DNA from: an uncultured Nitrososphaeria archaeon
Lineage (GTDB): Archaea; Thermoproteota; Nitrososphaeria_A; Caldarchaeales; Wolframiiraptoraceae
Direction of reading: 5' to 3'
DNA length: 24,908 nucleotides
Assembly: GCA_964488635.1 (NCBI GenBank)
Contig: CAZAVQ010000001.1
Location: 1 to 24,908, forward strand
The position numbers and the translations under genes were made by a program. Below the pieces are notes generated by a model. It was not told the DNA's origin. It was given only the letters and a program-made list of their open reading frames with translations, and did not search any database. Shown in pieces: positions 1-8,057 of this stretch; position 1 is the stretch's first letter, and every line of letters starts with the position of its first letter.

Positions 1-58
1 AAGGATATATCGGATAGAAATGTTTCACGTCGAGGGTTCCGTCTATTGACGAACGGCA

Positions 59-66
59 TTTATAAA
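59..66 (+). promoter_or_regulatory. TATA box (TTTATAAA) of the ECF-S/kinase operon, probably a leaderless transcript
   Basis: TTTATAAA at 59-66, 28 nt before the TTG start at 94; this is typical archaeal spacing. Confidence 0.6.
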
Positions 67-93
67 TTTGACGAATAAATCCTGAAAGCGGAT

Positions 94-852
94 TTGAGCC
101 AGGGTCGAGAGATAAGGCGGACCGTCGAGATCTCCTTAACGGCCTTAAACGCGGCTCTCTACGCGGGATTTGGTTATCTCACGTACCTGGGCCTATTCAC
201 ACCGGTCTTCGGCACGGTCAGATTTTGGCCAGCAGTAGTCATACCTGCGGCTTTCTCAGTACTCTTTTCTCCAAAGATCGGGGGAATAGGGGCCGCGATA
301 GGGATATTCATAAGTGATATGCTCGTCCACGGCAACCCCATTCTAAGCCTCACCGTCGGGGTTCCATCTAACTTCATAGCATTTTATCTGATAGGCTATC
401 TGGCGGAGAAATGGAGCGTGATAAAGACGAGTCACGTAATCTCCTCTATACTCGTCCAGTTAATCCCGGTGGCGGGCTCCCTCGTGATATATTTCGGCGC
501 ACTTCTCGATGAAGTTGTAGCATTAGTTTTTCTCGCGGTATCGATAATCGTCTTCGCGTTCACCTTGATCATCAGCCTCATCCAGAGAAAATACCTCGCC
601 ATTCTACAGGCATCTACCATCGGTTTACTGATCGGCAGCGGGATAATAGGCCTCGGCCTCTGGGCTTACAGCCAATTCGCGATCCTTCCAATAGGAGGAG
701 TTCAAAACGCGCCGCTCATCGCCGCGGCCATCTGGTTTCTCTGGACCTATCTCACCGAGATACCATTCCTTTACTTCGTTCTTCCACCTCTCATCCGCGC
801 CCTCCGCAGGGCGATACCACCTGATTTAAGGTTCCCTAGAGGGGAGGGTTGA
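94..852 (+). CDS. ECF transporter substrate-binding (S) component, possibly for pantothenate/pantoate
   Basis: Highly hydrophobic 252-aa protein with S-component-like segments 'VRFWPAVVIPAAFSVLFSPKIGGIGAAIGIFISD' and 'SLTVGVPSNF'. TTG start; its stop overlaps the start of the next gene (TTGA). Confidence 0.75.
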   Translation: MSQGREIRRTVEISLTALNAALYAGFGYLTYLGLFTPVFGTVRFWPAVVIPAAFSVLFSPKIGGIGAAIGIFISDMLVHGNPILSLTVGVPSNFIAFYLIGYLAEKWSVIKTSHVISSILVQLIPVAGSLVIYFGALLDEVVALVFLAVSIIVFAFTLIISLIQRKYLAILQASTIGLLIGSGIIGLGLWAYSQFAILPIGGVQNAPLIAAAIWFLWTYLTEIPFLYFVLPPLIRALRRAIPPDLRFPRGEG

Positions 853-1790
853 GAATCATGGGCGTCATCAAGGGGTATGCCAGCGCGCCGGCGCCGCTCT
901 CCAGCATCTTTTCTCCCAAACTTTTCTATGACGATGAACCAAGACAGGATGTCGATGAGATAGGGGCTAGGGGAGGAGGCTTCACGCTCTCCAAGGGCGT
1001 CGAGACCCTGGTCACCTTCTCTCCTAGAGCAGGGGAGGACGTCAAGGTCTATGTCAACGATTTAGAACTCGCGTTTCCGACCTCGCTTCGAGCCGCCGAA
1101 GCCGCGAAGAAGCTCTTAGACTTGAGGGGAGAAGTGGAGATACGCCATAGAATTAGGGTTCCCCTCGGAACGGGGTTCGGGACGAGCGCCGCCGCCGCCC
1201 TGACGACCCTGCTCGCCTTATTCAGGATAGCCGGCAGGGGGATAACCCTCCAAGAGGCTTGCAAGATCGTCCATAGGTTGGAGCTTGAATGTAAGACGGG
1301 GTTGAACAGTGAGGCCGGATTTCTCTCAGAGGGGTTGATCTTGGTCTTGGAGGAGGGAGCTCCTCCGAGGGTTAGGGTGAACTCGATACCGCTTCCACAC
1401 GACTCCGTGATCATCGCCGTCGTCGCCGCCCCCCTCGACACATCGAACCTCTTGAGGAAGATGGAGAAGCTTAGGGAGATCGAGGAGATCGGCGATAAGA
1501 AGCTCGCGGAGATCCTGAGAAGACCAACCCCCGAGAACTTTCTCATGAAGTCCAAGGAGTTCGCTGAAGAGACTGGTTTAACCACGAAACGGGTTCGCGA
1601 AATCTTCGAGGAGCTTAGGAGACTCCCGGTAATAGGATATGCACAAAACATGATAGGCGAGGCCTGCCACATCCTAGTCCACGCTGAAAAGGTCGAAGAA
1701 GTCGCCTCAAAGTTGAGGGAAACTTTCCCGGAGTACCGCGTGATCTCATCTGAGATAAGCGGATTGATCAGGGCCTCCGCCGAGATCTAA
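849..1790 (+). CDS. GHMP-family kinase, pantoate kinase (PoK)-like
   Basis: GHMP ATP-binding loop 'PLGTGFGTSAAAAL', PoK-like 'GARGGGFTL', 'HRLE..TGL' and 'YAQNMIGEA'. Coupled to the upstream gene by a TTGA overlap. Confidence 0.8.
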   Translation: MRIMGVIKGYASAPAPLSSIFSPKLFYDDEPRQDVDEIGARGGGFTLSKGVETLVTFSPRAGEDVKVYVNDLELAFPTSLRAAEAAKKLLDLRGEVEIRHRIRVPLGTGFGTSAAAALTTLLALFRIAGRGITLQEACKIVHRLELECKTGLNSEAGFLSEGLILVLEEGAPPRVRVNSIPLPHDSVIIAVVAAPLDTSNLLRKMEKLREIEEIGDKKLAEILRRPTPENFLMKSKEFAEETGLTTKRVREIFEELRRLPVIGYAQNMIGEACHILVHAEKVEEVASKLRETFPEYRVISSEISGLIRASAEI

Positions 1791-2967
1791 ACTCCTCCAC
1801 CAATCCATCAAATTCCCGAATAAAATCGCGTTCCTTTCCGGCCGGGATGAGGGCTGATGCGGCGAAGCTGTGGCCATCTCCTGACCCACCCACGGCTTCA
1901 GAGGCCTTTATGGTTAAAGTTGAAACCGGAGGCATGGTGCCCCTCTTGATCTGATCCGATAGTTGCTTGGGAACTCTAACCGAGGTCTTCACCCATTCAC
2001 CTTCAATCCTTCCCAGGCCCGGGATGTCTGGTAGAAAATTCATGAAGCCTATCAAGTATTTTTGGGGGTTAACCACTCTCCGATAGCTGAGCATGGAGGT
2101 AAAGGTCCCAACCGCCTTCGAACCCAGCCCCTTGAACAGGTCGCCGAGGTGATACCACTGGACGAAGTTTCCCGAGTTTAATCCCCTCTTTGAGACTATA
2201 GCAAATGCTTGGGCGAATTTCTTTTTCCTCAGCGCCTCAAACTTCTCCGCCAGATCCTCGGGTATTCTCCTCTGTTTAAGATTCTCGATAGCTGAGAGAG
2301 GGGCGCCCTCATAGTAACCCATGCTCCCTATCGCGGTCAGAGTTGATGAGAGCTTATTCCAAGGCTTCTTCAAGAATTTGATGACATATTTTTCGGATTC
2401 TCCAGATCCCAACACCTCAATATCCCCAACCTCAACCGCGTCTTCAAGCGCGATCCTATTGAGACCTTTGAGGGGGCCCGGGATCTCCGCAGATCCTATA
2501 ATCGCCATCCATGCCGCGTCCTTTATGTCCGCGGCCTCGCGCATTAAGAGATAGGTTGCCGTCGATCCGCTGACGTCGGTTTCCCCGCTATAGCCATAGA
2601 ACTCTGGATTTAGGTGGATTAGTTTCTCGGACTCAACTTTTACTGGATCGTGGTGATCAGCTATTATCGCCTCCCCGCCGCTGCGCCCGATTTCCTCGGC
2701 TATCAGGTCCGCCCTCCCCGACCCTATATCGACGTAGATGTAGAGAGCTTCGCCCAGCGAGTGGATGAGCTTGACTATCTCGGGTGAAAGCTTTTCCACG
2801 CAGATCGGCCTCTGTTTTATGCCGAGCCTTTCTAGGGCCAGCGACGCTATGGCGCCCGCGCAGAGCCCATCCGCGTCGTCGTGGAATATGACTATGGCGT
2901 TAAGCGGGGATCCGCGTATCCTTTTTGCGGTCTCCCGGAGGTCGTCAAAATAGGCGGATTTGCTCAT
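1768..2967 (-). CDS. DHH-family phosphoesterase, RecJ/GAN-like
   Basis: Motif I 'HDDADG', motif II 'YVDIGS', motif III 'DHH', and a C-terminal DHHA1-like 'GSGDGHSFAAS'. Confidence 0.85.
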   Translation of the reverse strand: MSKSAYFDDLRETAKRIRGSPLNAIVIFHDDADGLCAGAIASLALERLGIKQRPICVEKLSPEIVKLIHSLGEALYIYVDIGSGRADLIAEEIGRSGGEAIIADHHDPVKVESEKLIHLNPEFYGYSGETDVSGSTATYLLMREAADIKDAAWMAIIGSAEIPGPLKGLNRIALEDAVEVGDIEVLGSGESEKYVIKFLKKPWNKLSSTLTAIGSMGYYEGAPLSAIENLKQRRIPEDLAEKFEALRKKKFAQAFAIVSKRGLNSGNFVQWYHLGDLFKGLGSKAVGTFTSMLSYRRVVNPQKYLIGFMNFLPDIPGLGRIEGEWVKTSVRVPKQLSDQIKRGTMPPVSTLTIKASEAVGGSGDGHSFAASALIPAGKERDFIREFDGLVEEFRSRRRP

Positions 2968-3021
2968 CGGTTTAGATTGTTACCCGGCGTCCTATAAGTC
3001 GTGGCCTCTTGAAAAATGAAT

Positions 3022-3029
3022 CTTATATA
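3022..3029 (+). promoter_or_regulatory. TATA box (CTTATATA) with purine-rich BRE-like element upstream, for the DUF2148 gene
   Basis: GAAAAATGAA-T-CTTATATA, about 26 nt before ATG 3055. Confidence 0.55.
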
Positions 3030-3054
3030 TGAAGAGAGATAGAGATAACGCCCG

Positions 3055-3603
3055 ATGAACATGGATCTGAAATCCGCCATAATTGATGCAGCACGGCTCA
3101 TGGCAGTAAGTGCCCGAACGGCTCCCAAGACCCGTGGAATAGACGATATAGAAATCGTCCTCCTAGAAAGGGAAGAGGAATTAAATAGATTGGCCGATAA
3201 GATGGAGGAGATCGGGAAAGAAACCGATAGGAAATTCTTCATACGAGACTCCAAGAACGTGAGACAATCCCAGGCCATATTACTGATAGGCGTGAAATCC
3301 TCGAAGCCGAAGGAACTCGACTGCGGCGGATGTGGATACAAGACCTGCGAAGAATTCAGAAAATCCGCGAGAATCTCAGGCAGGGATCTAACAGGCCCGG
3401 GGTGCGCTTTTCAGCTAATCGATCTCGGCATCGCGGTAGGCTCCGCGGCTAAGACCGCCTCTCTCTTAAATGTCGATAACAGGGTGATGTTTTCAATAGG
3501 CGTCGCCGCGGTTAAACTCGGCCTTCTAAAAGAATCGGATATCGCTTTAGGTATACCGCTCTCCGCCTATGGAAAGAACATATACTTCGATAGGAAGATG
3601 TGA
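3055..3603 (+). CDS. DUF2148 / ferredoxin-domain-containing protein (COG4739-like)
   Basis: 'MAVSARTAPKTRGIDD', Cys cluster 'CGGCGYKTC', 'GPGCAF..IDLGIAVGSA' and C-terminal 'GKNIYFDR' match my recollection of this family. Confidence 0.8.
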   Translation: MNMDLKSAIIDAARLMAVSARTAPKTRGIDDIEIVLLEREEELNRLADKMEEIGKETDRKFFIRDSKNVRQSQAILLIGVKSSKPKELDCGGCGYKTCEEFRKSARISGRDLTGPGCAFQLIDLGIAVGSAAKTASLLNVDNRVMFSIGVAAVKLGLLKESDIALGIPLSAYGKNIYFDRKM

Positions 3604-3614
3604 GATCTCGGTTA

Positions 3615-5900
3615 TTACTCGAAGAACTCCATTAACGTGGATTCGCCCGCCGTTTCTAAGATTTTTTCATGGTTTATGCCGACGGCTTCGAGGATCCGCC
3701 CACAGGCCGGGGCGACCTGTTTTTCTAAGTAGTAGTTCCAGTCGACCTCATCTCTCGTGATCTTGAAGTATGGCTTCACCCTCGCGTAAAGCGGCCCGGA
3801 TCCTTTCGCGATTATGTAGCCGACTTTGTCTCCCGGCTGAATTCTCCAACCTTCATTTACCAGCATCCTCGCGACGACTATATGCGGCTGGGTTGCGGAA
3901 TACTCGCTTAGGGGTCGGGTTATCTGCCTCCAGATTATGAGCTTCTTTAGGTCGACCTCACCGCGTTTCACCATCCTCGCGTATTCCCTTGCCTTGTTCA
4001 GGGCCTTCCCTGGGTTGCCGGTCTTCAGTAAAACCTCTATCGTAGCCTTCTGCGCTTCTCTTGCTATCGCGCTCCAGTCTCCGCGTATCGCCTCGAGCCC
4101 CACTATCTCGACCACGCCGTCCTCGGTTATCCCCGCGTATTTCTTCTTGGCCTCGGTGAAGACCACGCGCTTGAAGATTTTATCTATCTTCGCTTCCAGC
4201 CCTAGGTCTTCCTCTATCCATTTCATCAGCCTCTCGAGTCTATCCTCGTAGTTCTTCAGGAAGAGGGAGTCGGTGTCGGAGTAGATAACCCGCATCCCCA
4301 GCTCCTCCGCCTTCTTAATCGTCGAGTTTATGACCTCGCGCCCCCACGCGGTCGTCGCCTCCGCCACCTCTCTCGTATACCACCTCGCGCCCTTCCAACC
4401 AGTATAGCCGTAGATCGCGTTCGCGATTATCTTAACGGCCCTCTGACGCGCATCTAAAACCCTAGCCTCAACGCTTCCCTGGACCGCTCTCTTTAATTTC
4501 TCTTGTATCTTCCGACGCTCCTCGAGGAGGGTTTTTAGGGCATGTGGGAGGAAGCCTTCTGGGCTTGATTTGAATCTATATCCATTCGGCGCGATGTTTT
4601 CTCCATCCTCGCTGAGGGTGTCGAAGGAGATGTTGTATTTGATCATCAGGCTCGGATACATGGATCTGAAGTCTAGGACGGCGACGCTTTCATGCATTCC
4701 CGGGGTCGGCGCCTTGACCAAACCTCCCGGATAGCTCACATGCAATACCTCTGTCCTTTTCGGAATCAATTCTCCAACCTTCACGGCGAGAGACATCAAG
4801 TAGTTCTCCACCCTGAATCCGGCGGAGGCCGTTAGAACATAGTCGGCCGGCATCGAGGTCAGCTCGCTCAGGCTGAAGATGAAGTCCCTCACGGCCTCAT
4901 ATGCCTTCAGTATCGCTTCAGCCCTCTGCATAGAATACTTCTTCACGGCCTCCCTATCCTCAGCCCATTTCTCCGCGAGCTCGTACTCCTCTATCGTGTC
5001 GAACTCCGCCTCGACCCCGAGATAGCCGGCGAACTCCTCAAGGGTCTCGACCGTGAGTTCCGGGATCTCCCGGGCCATGTCTTCTAAGTCTATGTTAATC
5101 CTGCCGCGTATGGAGACGTGGCCGTGAACGCTCATCCTAGGCTCGGCTCCCAGTCTCCCAACCAGCGGCTTTATGCCGAGCTTTTTAGCGCGTTCCTCGA
5201 GGTAGTTCCATTGGACGCGATTTAGCCCGAACCCCACGATTATGTCCGGATCTTTTTCCCTGATCGCAGAGATGAAGGAGCTTATGACCTCCTCTTCCTC
5301 TCCCTCGAATTGAATCCTCTGACCATCGCTGAAGTAGATGGAGATCAACCTTATCGGGTCGCGTTCAGCCCTCGCAGACCCCTTCTCAGCGAAGAACACG
5401 AAATCAACGGCGGCGGCGGAGAGCCTGGGCGAAGGCGATGGCCCGAGGATGTTGATGGCCCTTGGTTTAAAGAAACGTATCCCTTCCTCTTCTCCGATGA
5501 ACTCTCCCTCAACATCTATCCAAGAACAGGGCTTAATCCCGGTTTCTAGGAGATATTTCGCGGCAGACCTTATGTCCTCTTCATAGACCTCGACCTCGCC
5601 GCCTATTCTCTTAACCAGCTTCTCGGCGACCTTTTCGGGGTCTTCGCGGTCAACGTATATCTTCACGGCCTCAACGGGTTTGCCTCGTATCCTCCTCTCA
5701 CAGCGCTCCCATTTCAGCTTCTCCGCCTTAAGGATGGACTCCGCCTTCTTCAAATCGCCGACGAGATAAAAACTCGGGATATACCTTTGTTTTATTACCC
5801 AAGTAGACCCATCTTCTCCCTTACACCAGAGCCAGAGAAGGGGCTCCTCCTCCTGCTCTGAAGCGATATCGAGTAACCATAGCCTAAGCTTCATTACCAT
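3615..5900 (-). CDS. polB3: Family B DNA polymerase, PolB3 type, with degenerate 3'-5' exonuclease
   Basis: Polymerase motifs are intact: 'YPGG', 'DFRSMYPS', 'KIIANAIYGY', 'YSDTDS', 'KKKYAG'. The exonuclease motifs are substituted (see findings). No intein. Confidence 0.92.
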   Translation of the reverse strand: MVMKLRLWLLDIASEQEEEPLLWLWCKGEDGSTWVIKQRYIPSFYLVGDLKKAESILKAEKLKWERCERRIRGKPVEAVKIYVDREDPEKVAEKLVKRIGGEVEVYEEDIRSAAKYLLETGIKPCSWIDVEGEFIGEEEGIRFFKPRAINILGPSPSPRLSAAAVDFVFFAEKGSARAERDPIRLISIYFSDGQRIQFEGEEEEVISSFISAIREKDPDIIVGFGLNRVQWNYLEERAKKLGIKPLVGRLGAEPRMSVHGHVSIRGRINIDLEDMAREIPELTVETLEEFAGYLGVEAEFDTIEEYELAEKWAEDREAVKKYSMQRAEAILKAYEAVRDFIFSLSELTSMPADYVLTASAGFRVENYLMSLAVKVGELIPKRTEVLHVSYPGGLVKAPTPGMHESVAVLDFRSMYPSLMIKYNISFDTLSEDGENIAPNGYRFKSSPEGFLPHALKTLLEERRKIQEKLKRAVQGSVEARVLDARQRAVKIIANAIYGYTGWKGARWYTREVAEATTAWGREVINSTIKKAEELGMRVIYSDTDSLFLKNYEDRLERLMKWIEEDLGLEAKIDKIFKRVVFTEAKKKYAGITEDGVVEIVGLEAIRGDWSAIAREAQKATIEVLLKTGNPGKALNKAREYARMVKRGEVDLKKLIIWRQITRPLSEYSATQPHIVVARMLVNEGWRIQPGDKVGYIIAKGSGPLYARVKPYFKITRDEVDWNYYLEKQVAPACGRILEAVGINHEKILETAGESTLMEFFE

Positions 5901-5980
5901 CTCAAAAATAGGATAAAGGAGAGATAAGTTTATCCAAGCTAGCGGGAAGCAGCGATATACGGGAAGAGAGGATGGGCTAG

Positions 5981-6002
5981 GTGGCGCCGGACGAGGCGCC
6001 GC
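5981..6002. repeat. GC-rich 8-bp hairpin GTGGCGCC-GGACGA-GGCGCCGC, with a T5 run at 6008-6012 on the + strand
   Basis: Inverted repeat read directly from the sequence (one G-U pair on the + strand); it lies between polB3 and the zinc-ribbon gene. Confidence 0.6.
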
Positions 6003-6010
6003 GTGTGTTT

Positions 6011-6256
6011 TTACGCCTCGGCCTTGACCTCGATCTTCACCTTCGCAGCCTCTTTCTCGACGTCCTCAGGGATCTGAACTACCTTGGCATTTCTCAGCGA
6101 CTTCTTCTTCCTCGGCGAATTCCTCAGCAGGATCCCGCAGTACGGGCACCTGACGCTGTCGGTGAGGTAATAGACGCGGCAGCGAGAGCAGTACTTGTAT
6201 CCATTCGCGTAACTCCTCCTCAGGGACATCTTAGGCTGCTTATCTGGGAACATCAT
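6011..6256 (-). CDS. Small zinc-ribbon protein (CxxC...CPxC)
   Basis: 'YANGYKYCSRCRVYYLTDSVRCPYCGILLRNSPR' resembles the thaumarchaeal Y.G.K.C..C...CP.CG..LR..PR small-protein family. Purine-rich GAGGGGG SD-like element upstream. Confidence 0.75.
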   Translation of the reverse strand: MMFPDKQPKMSLRRSYANGYKYCSRCRVYYLTDSVRCPYCGILLRNSPRKKKSLRNAKVVQIPEDVEKEAAKVKIEVKAEA

Positions 6257-6339
6257 TTTTCTCTAACCCCCTCGTTGTCCCCCTGGAGACCACTACATAA
6301 ACCTTATGTCCTAATTTGTAAGTAATGTAAATAGATACC

Positions 6340-7395
6340 ATGGCCGAAGAATCGCCAGAAACCGTCTTTAGGAGGCTTCAAAGGGTTGGAAAGGCCACTT
6401 ATGCGATCTCTCTTCCGAAGCGGTGGGTGGTAAGGAGGGGGCTTAGGCCAGGGGACACCGTGGAGATAAGCGAGGAACTTGATGGAAGCCTGAGGATAAA
6501 GCCGTTGGAGATAAAGTCTAGGGCCCTCTCCTGTAGGATAAACGCGGAGCTGTGCAGGAACCCGGCCCAACTAGCGAAGCTCGTCACAGCCTGTTATAGG
6601 GTCGGATATGACTCTATTGAGGTGTCATTCGCCGGCGGAGCCGCCCTCGAGACCTTGAAAACCGTAAGAGAGGTGATCGCGAAGGGGCTTCCGGGCTTCG
6701 AGCTTATCGAGGAAACGGGGTCAAAAATCTTCATTCAAAACGTATTGGATCAGTCAAGATATCCGCTGAACGACCTGCTGAGGAGGATCCAGCTCGTCGC
6801 CTCCGCGATATTCAACAACCTCATCGAGTTCGTAACCACGAGGAGATACGAGCTCATCCCCTATATCAAGGACCTTAGGGGGAGAGCTTCAGAGATCCTT
6901 CAGCTTCACAACCGGCTATTAATATTGTATCTTAAGAAGCGGGAGATCGGGCGATTCTTGAAGCCTAGGAGCGCCGCCCACATATACTCCGCAATAGTCG
7001 TGGCGAGGATACTTAATGAAGTTATTAACGATCTGGTCTCTTTCGCTGAGAGTATTTCGAAGATAAGGAAGAAGATCTGGGCGAGGCCTGAAGTCCACAG
7101 GATCTTAAGTCAGCTACTTGAATCCGCTTCAAGACTCTTTGATGACAGCGTGGCTTCCTATTTTTCCATAGATTTTGATCGGGCGATTTACGTTCTCAGC
7201 GTATCAGAGGATACGTTCTCAACAGTTATAGAAGAGACCCTTCGGGAGAAAATAGTCAAAGACCTTACCCTCAATAGATTCTTGATTCAATCGGCGATAC
7301 TTCTCAGGAATGTGACATCTAGATGCCATGAAATAGCCCAATTAACTCTTGACATGTTCGTGGAGTCCGAGAACCCGATCCTACAAAGAGTGTAG
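6340..7395 (+). CDS. AbrB/SpoVT-PhoU family regulator (archaeal phosphate uptake regulator type)
   Basis: N-terminal AbrB-like 'RRLQRVGKATYAISLPKRWV...GDTVEI...DGSLRI', followed by helical PhoU-like domains. Confidence 0.85.
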   Translation: MAEESPETVFRRLQRVGKATYAISLPKRWVVRRGLRPGDTVEISEELDGSLRIKPLEIKSRALSCRINAELCRNPAQLAKLVTACYRVGYDSIEVSFAGGAALETLKTVREVIAKGLPGFELIEETGSKIFIQNVLDQSRYPLNDLLRRIQLVASAIFNNLIEFVTTRRYELIPYIKDLRGRASEILQLHNRLLILYLKKREIGRFLKPRSAAHIYSAIVVARILNEVINDLVSFAESISKIRKKIWARPEVHRILSQLLESASRLFDDSVASYFSIDFDRAIYVLSVSEDTFSTVIEETLREKIVKDLTLNRFLIQSAILLRNVTSRCHEIAQLTLDMFVESENPILQRV

Positions 7396-7399
7396 GAAG

Positions 7400-8053
7400 C
7401 TAACCTAATCTTCTGAATAGACCTCCCTCCCCAACGAATGGGTTCATGGTCTTTTCCACACGGAGCACAGTCGAGGGACCGTGCCCAGGATATACCACGT
7501 AATCATCTGGGAGACAGAATAACTTGTTAAGAATTGAGGAGATCAGCTTCTCCGGATCACCTCCCAATAAATCAGTCCTCCCCACTGAGCCCGCGAAAAG
7601 CGTATCTCCCGTGAAAACACATCCCTCTGAGACAAAGCAAACGCTTCCCGGCGTGTGCCCCGGTGTGTGAAGCACCCTCAGCTCTAAGTTGCCCACTCTT
7701 ATTATATCGCCCTCCTTCATCAATCCATCCGGATGCGGAGGCGGTGGAATCGATATTCCTAAGAGACGCCCTGCTTCTAAGGGGGCCTGGGACAATATCT
7801 CTAGATCCTGTTCATGAATGTAAAATTTGCAATTCAGCTCCTTTACCAGATCGTTAACCGCGAGGACGTGGTCGAAGTGGCCGTGGGTCAAATATATTCC
7901 GAGCATTTTTACATCATGCCTCCCTATGACCGATAGAATCTTATATGGGTCGCCTCCCGCGTCTATAAGCACCCCTTCCTTGCGTTCTGAATCAAAGACC
8001 ACATAGGAGTTCGTGTCTAGGGGGCCGACGGTAATGCGTTCAACAACTAACAT
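7400..8053 (-). CDS. Metallo-beta-lactamase-fold hydrolase (glyoxalase II-like)
   Basis: 'THGHFDH', 'HTPGHTPG', 'FTGDTLF', 'YPGHG'. Start moved to ATG 8053, which has GGAG upstream and lies 4 nt after the dapA-like stop. Confidence 0.9.
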   Translation of the reverse strand: MLVVERITVGPLDTNSYVVFDSERKEGVLIDAGGDPYKILSVIGRHDVKMLGIYLTHGHFDHVLAVNDLVKELNCKFYIHEQDLEILSQAPLEAGRLLGISIPPPPHPDGLMKEGDIIRVGNLELRVLHTPGHTPGSVCFVSEGCVFTGDTLFAGSVGRTDLLGGDPEKLISSILNKLFCLPDDYVVYPGHGPSTVLRVEKTMNPFVGEGGLFRRLG

Positions 8054-8057
8054 CGTT

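Noticed and set aside
1049-1672. 207-aa antisense ORF, representative of the many 60-160 aa opposite-strand or alternate-frame ORFs in the track
   Set aside because: They lie within well-supported genes, have Ser/Ile/Phe-rich shadow composition and show no motifs.
5981-6325. 114-aa + strand ORF
   Set aside because: It is antisense to the zinc-ribbon gene, which has a clear Cys motif and SD element.
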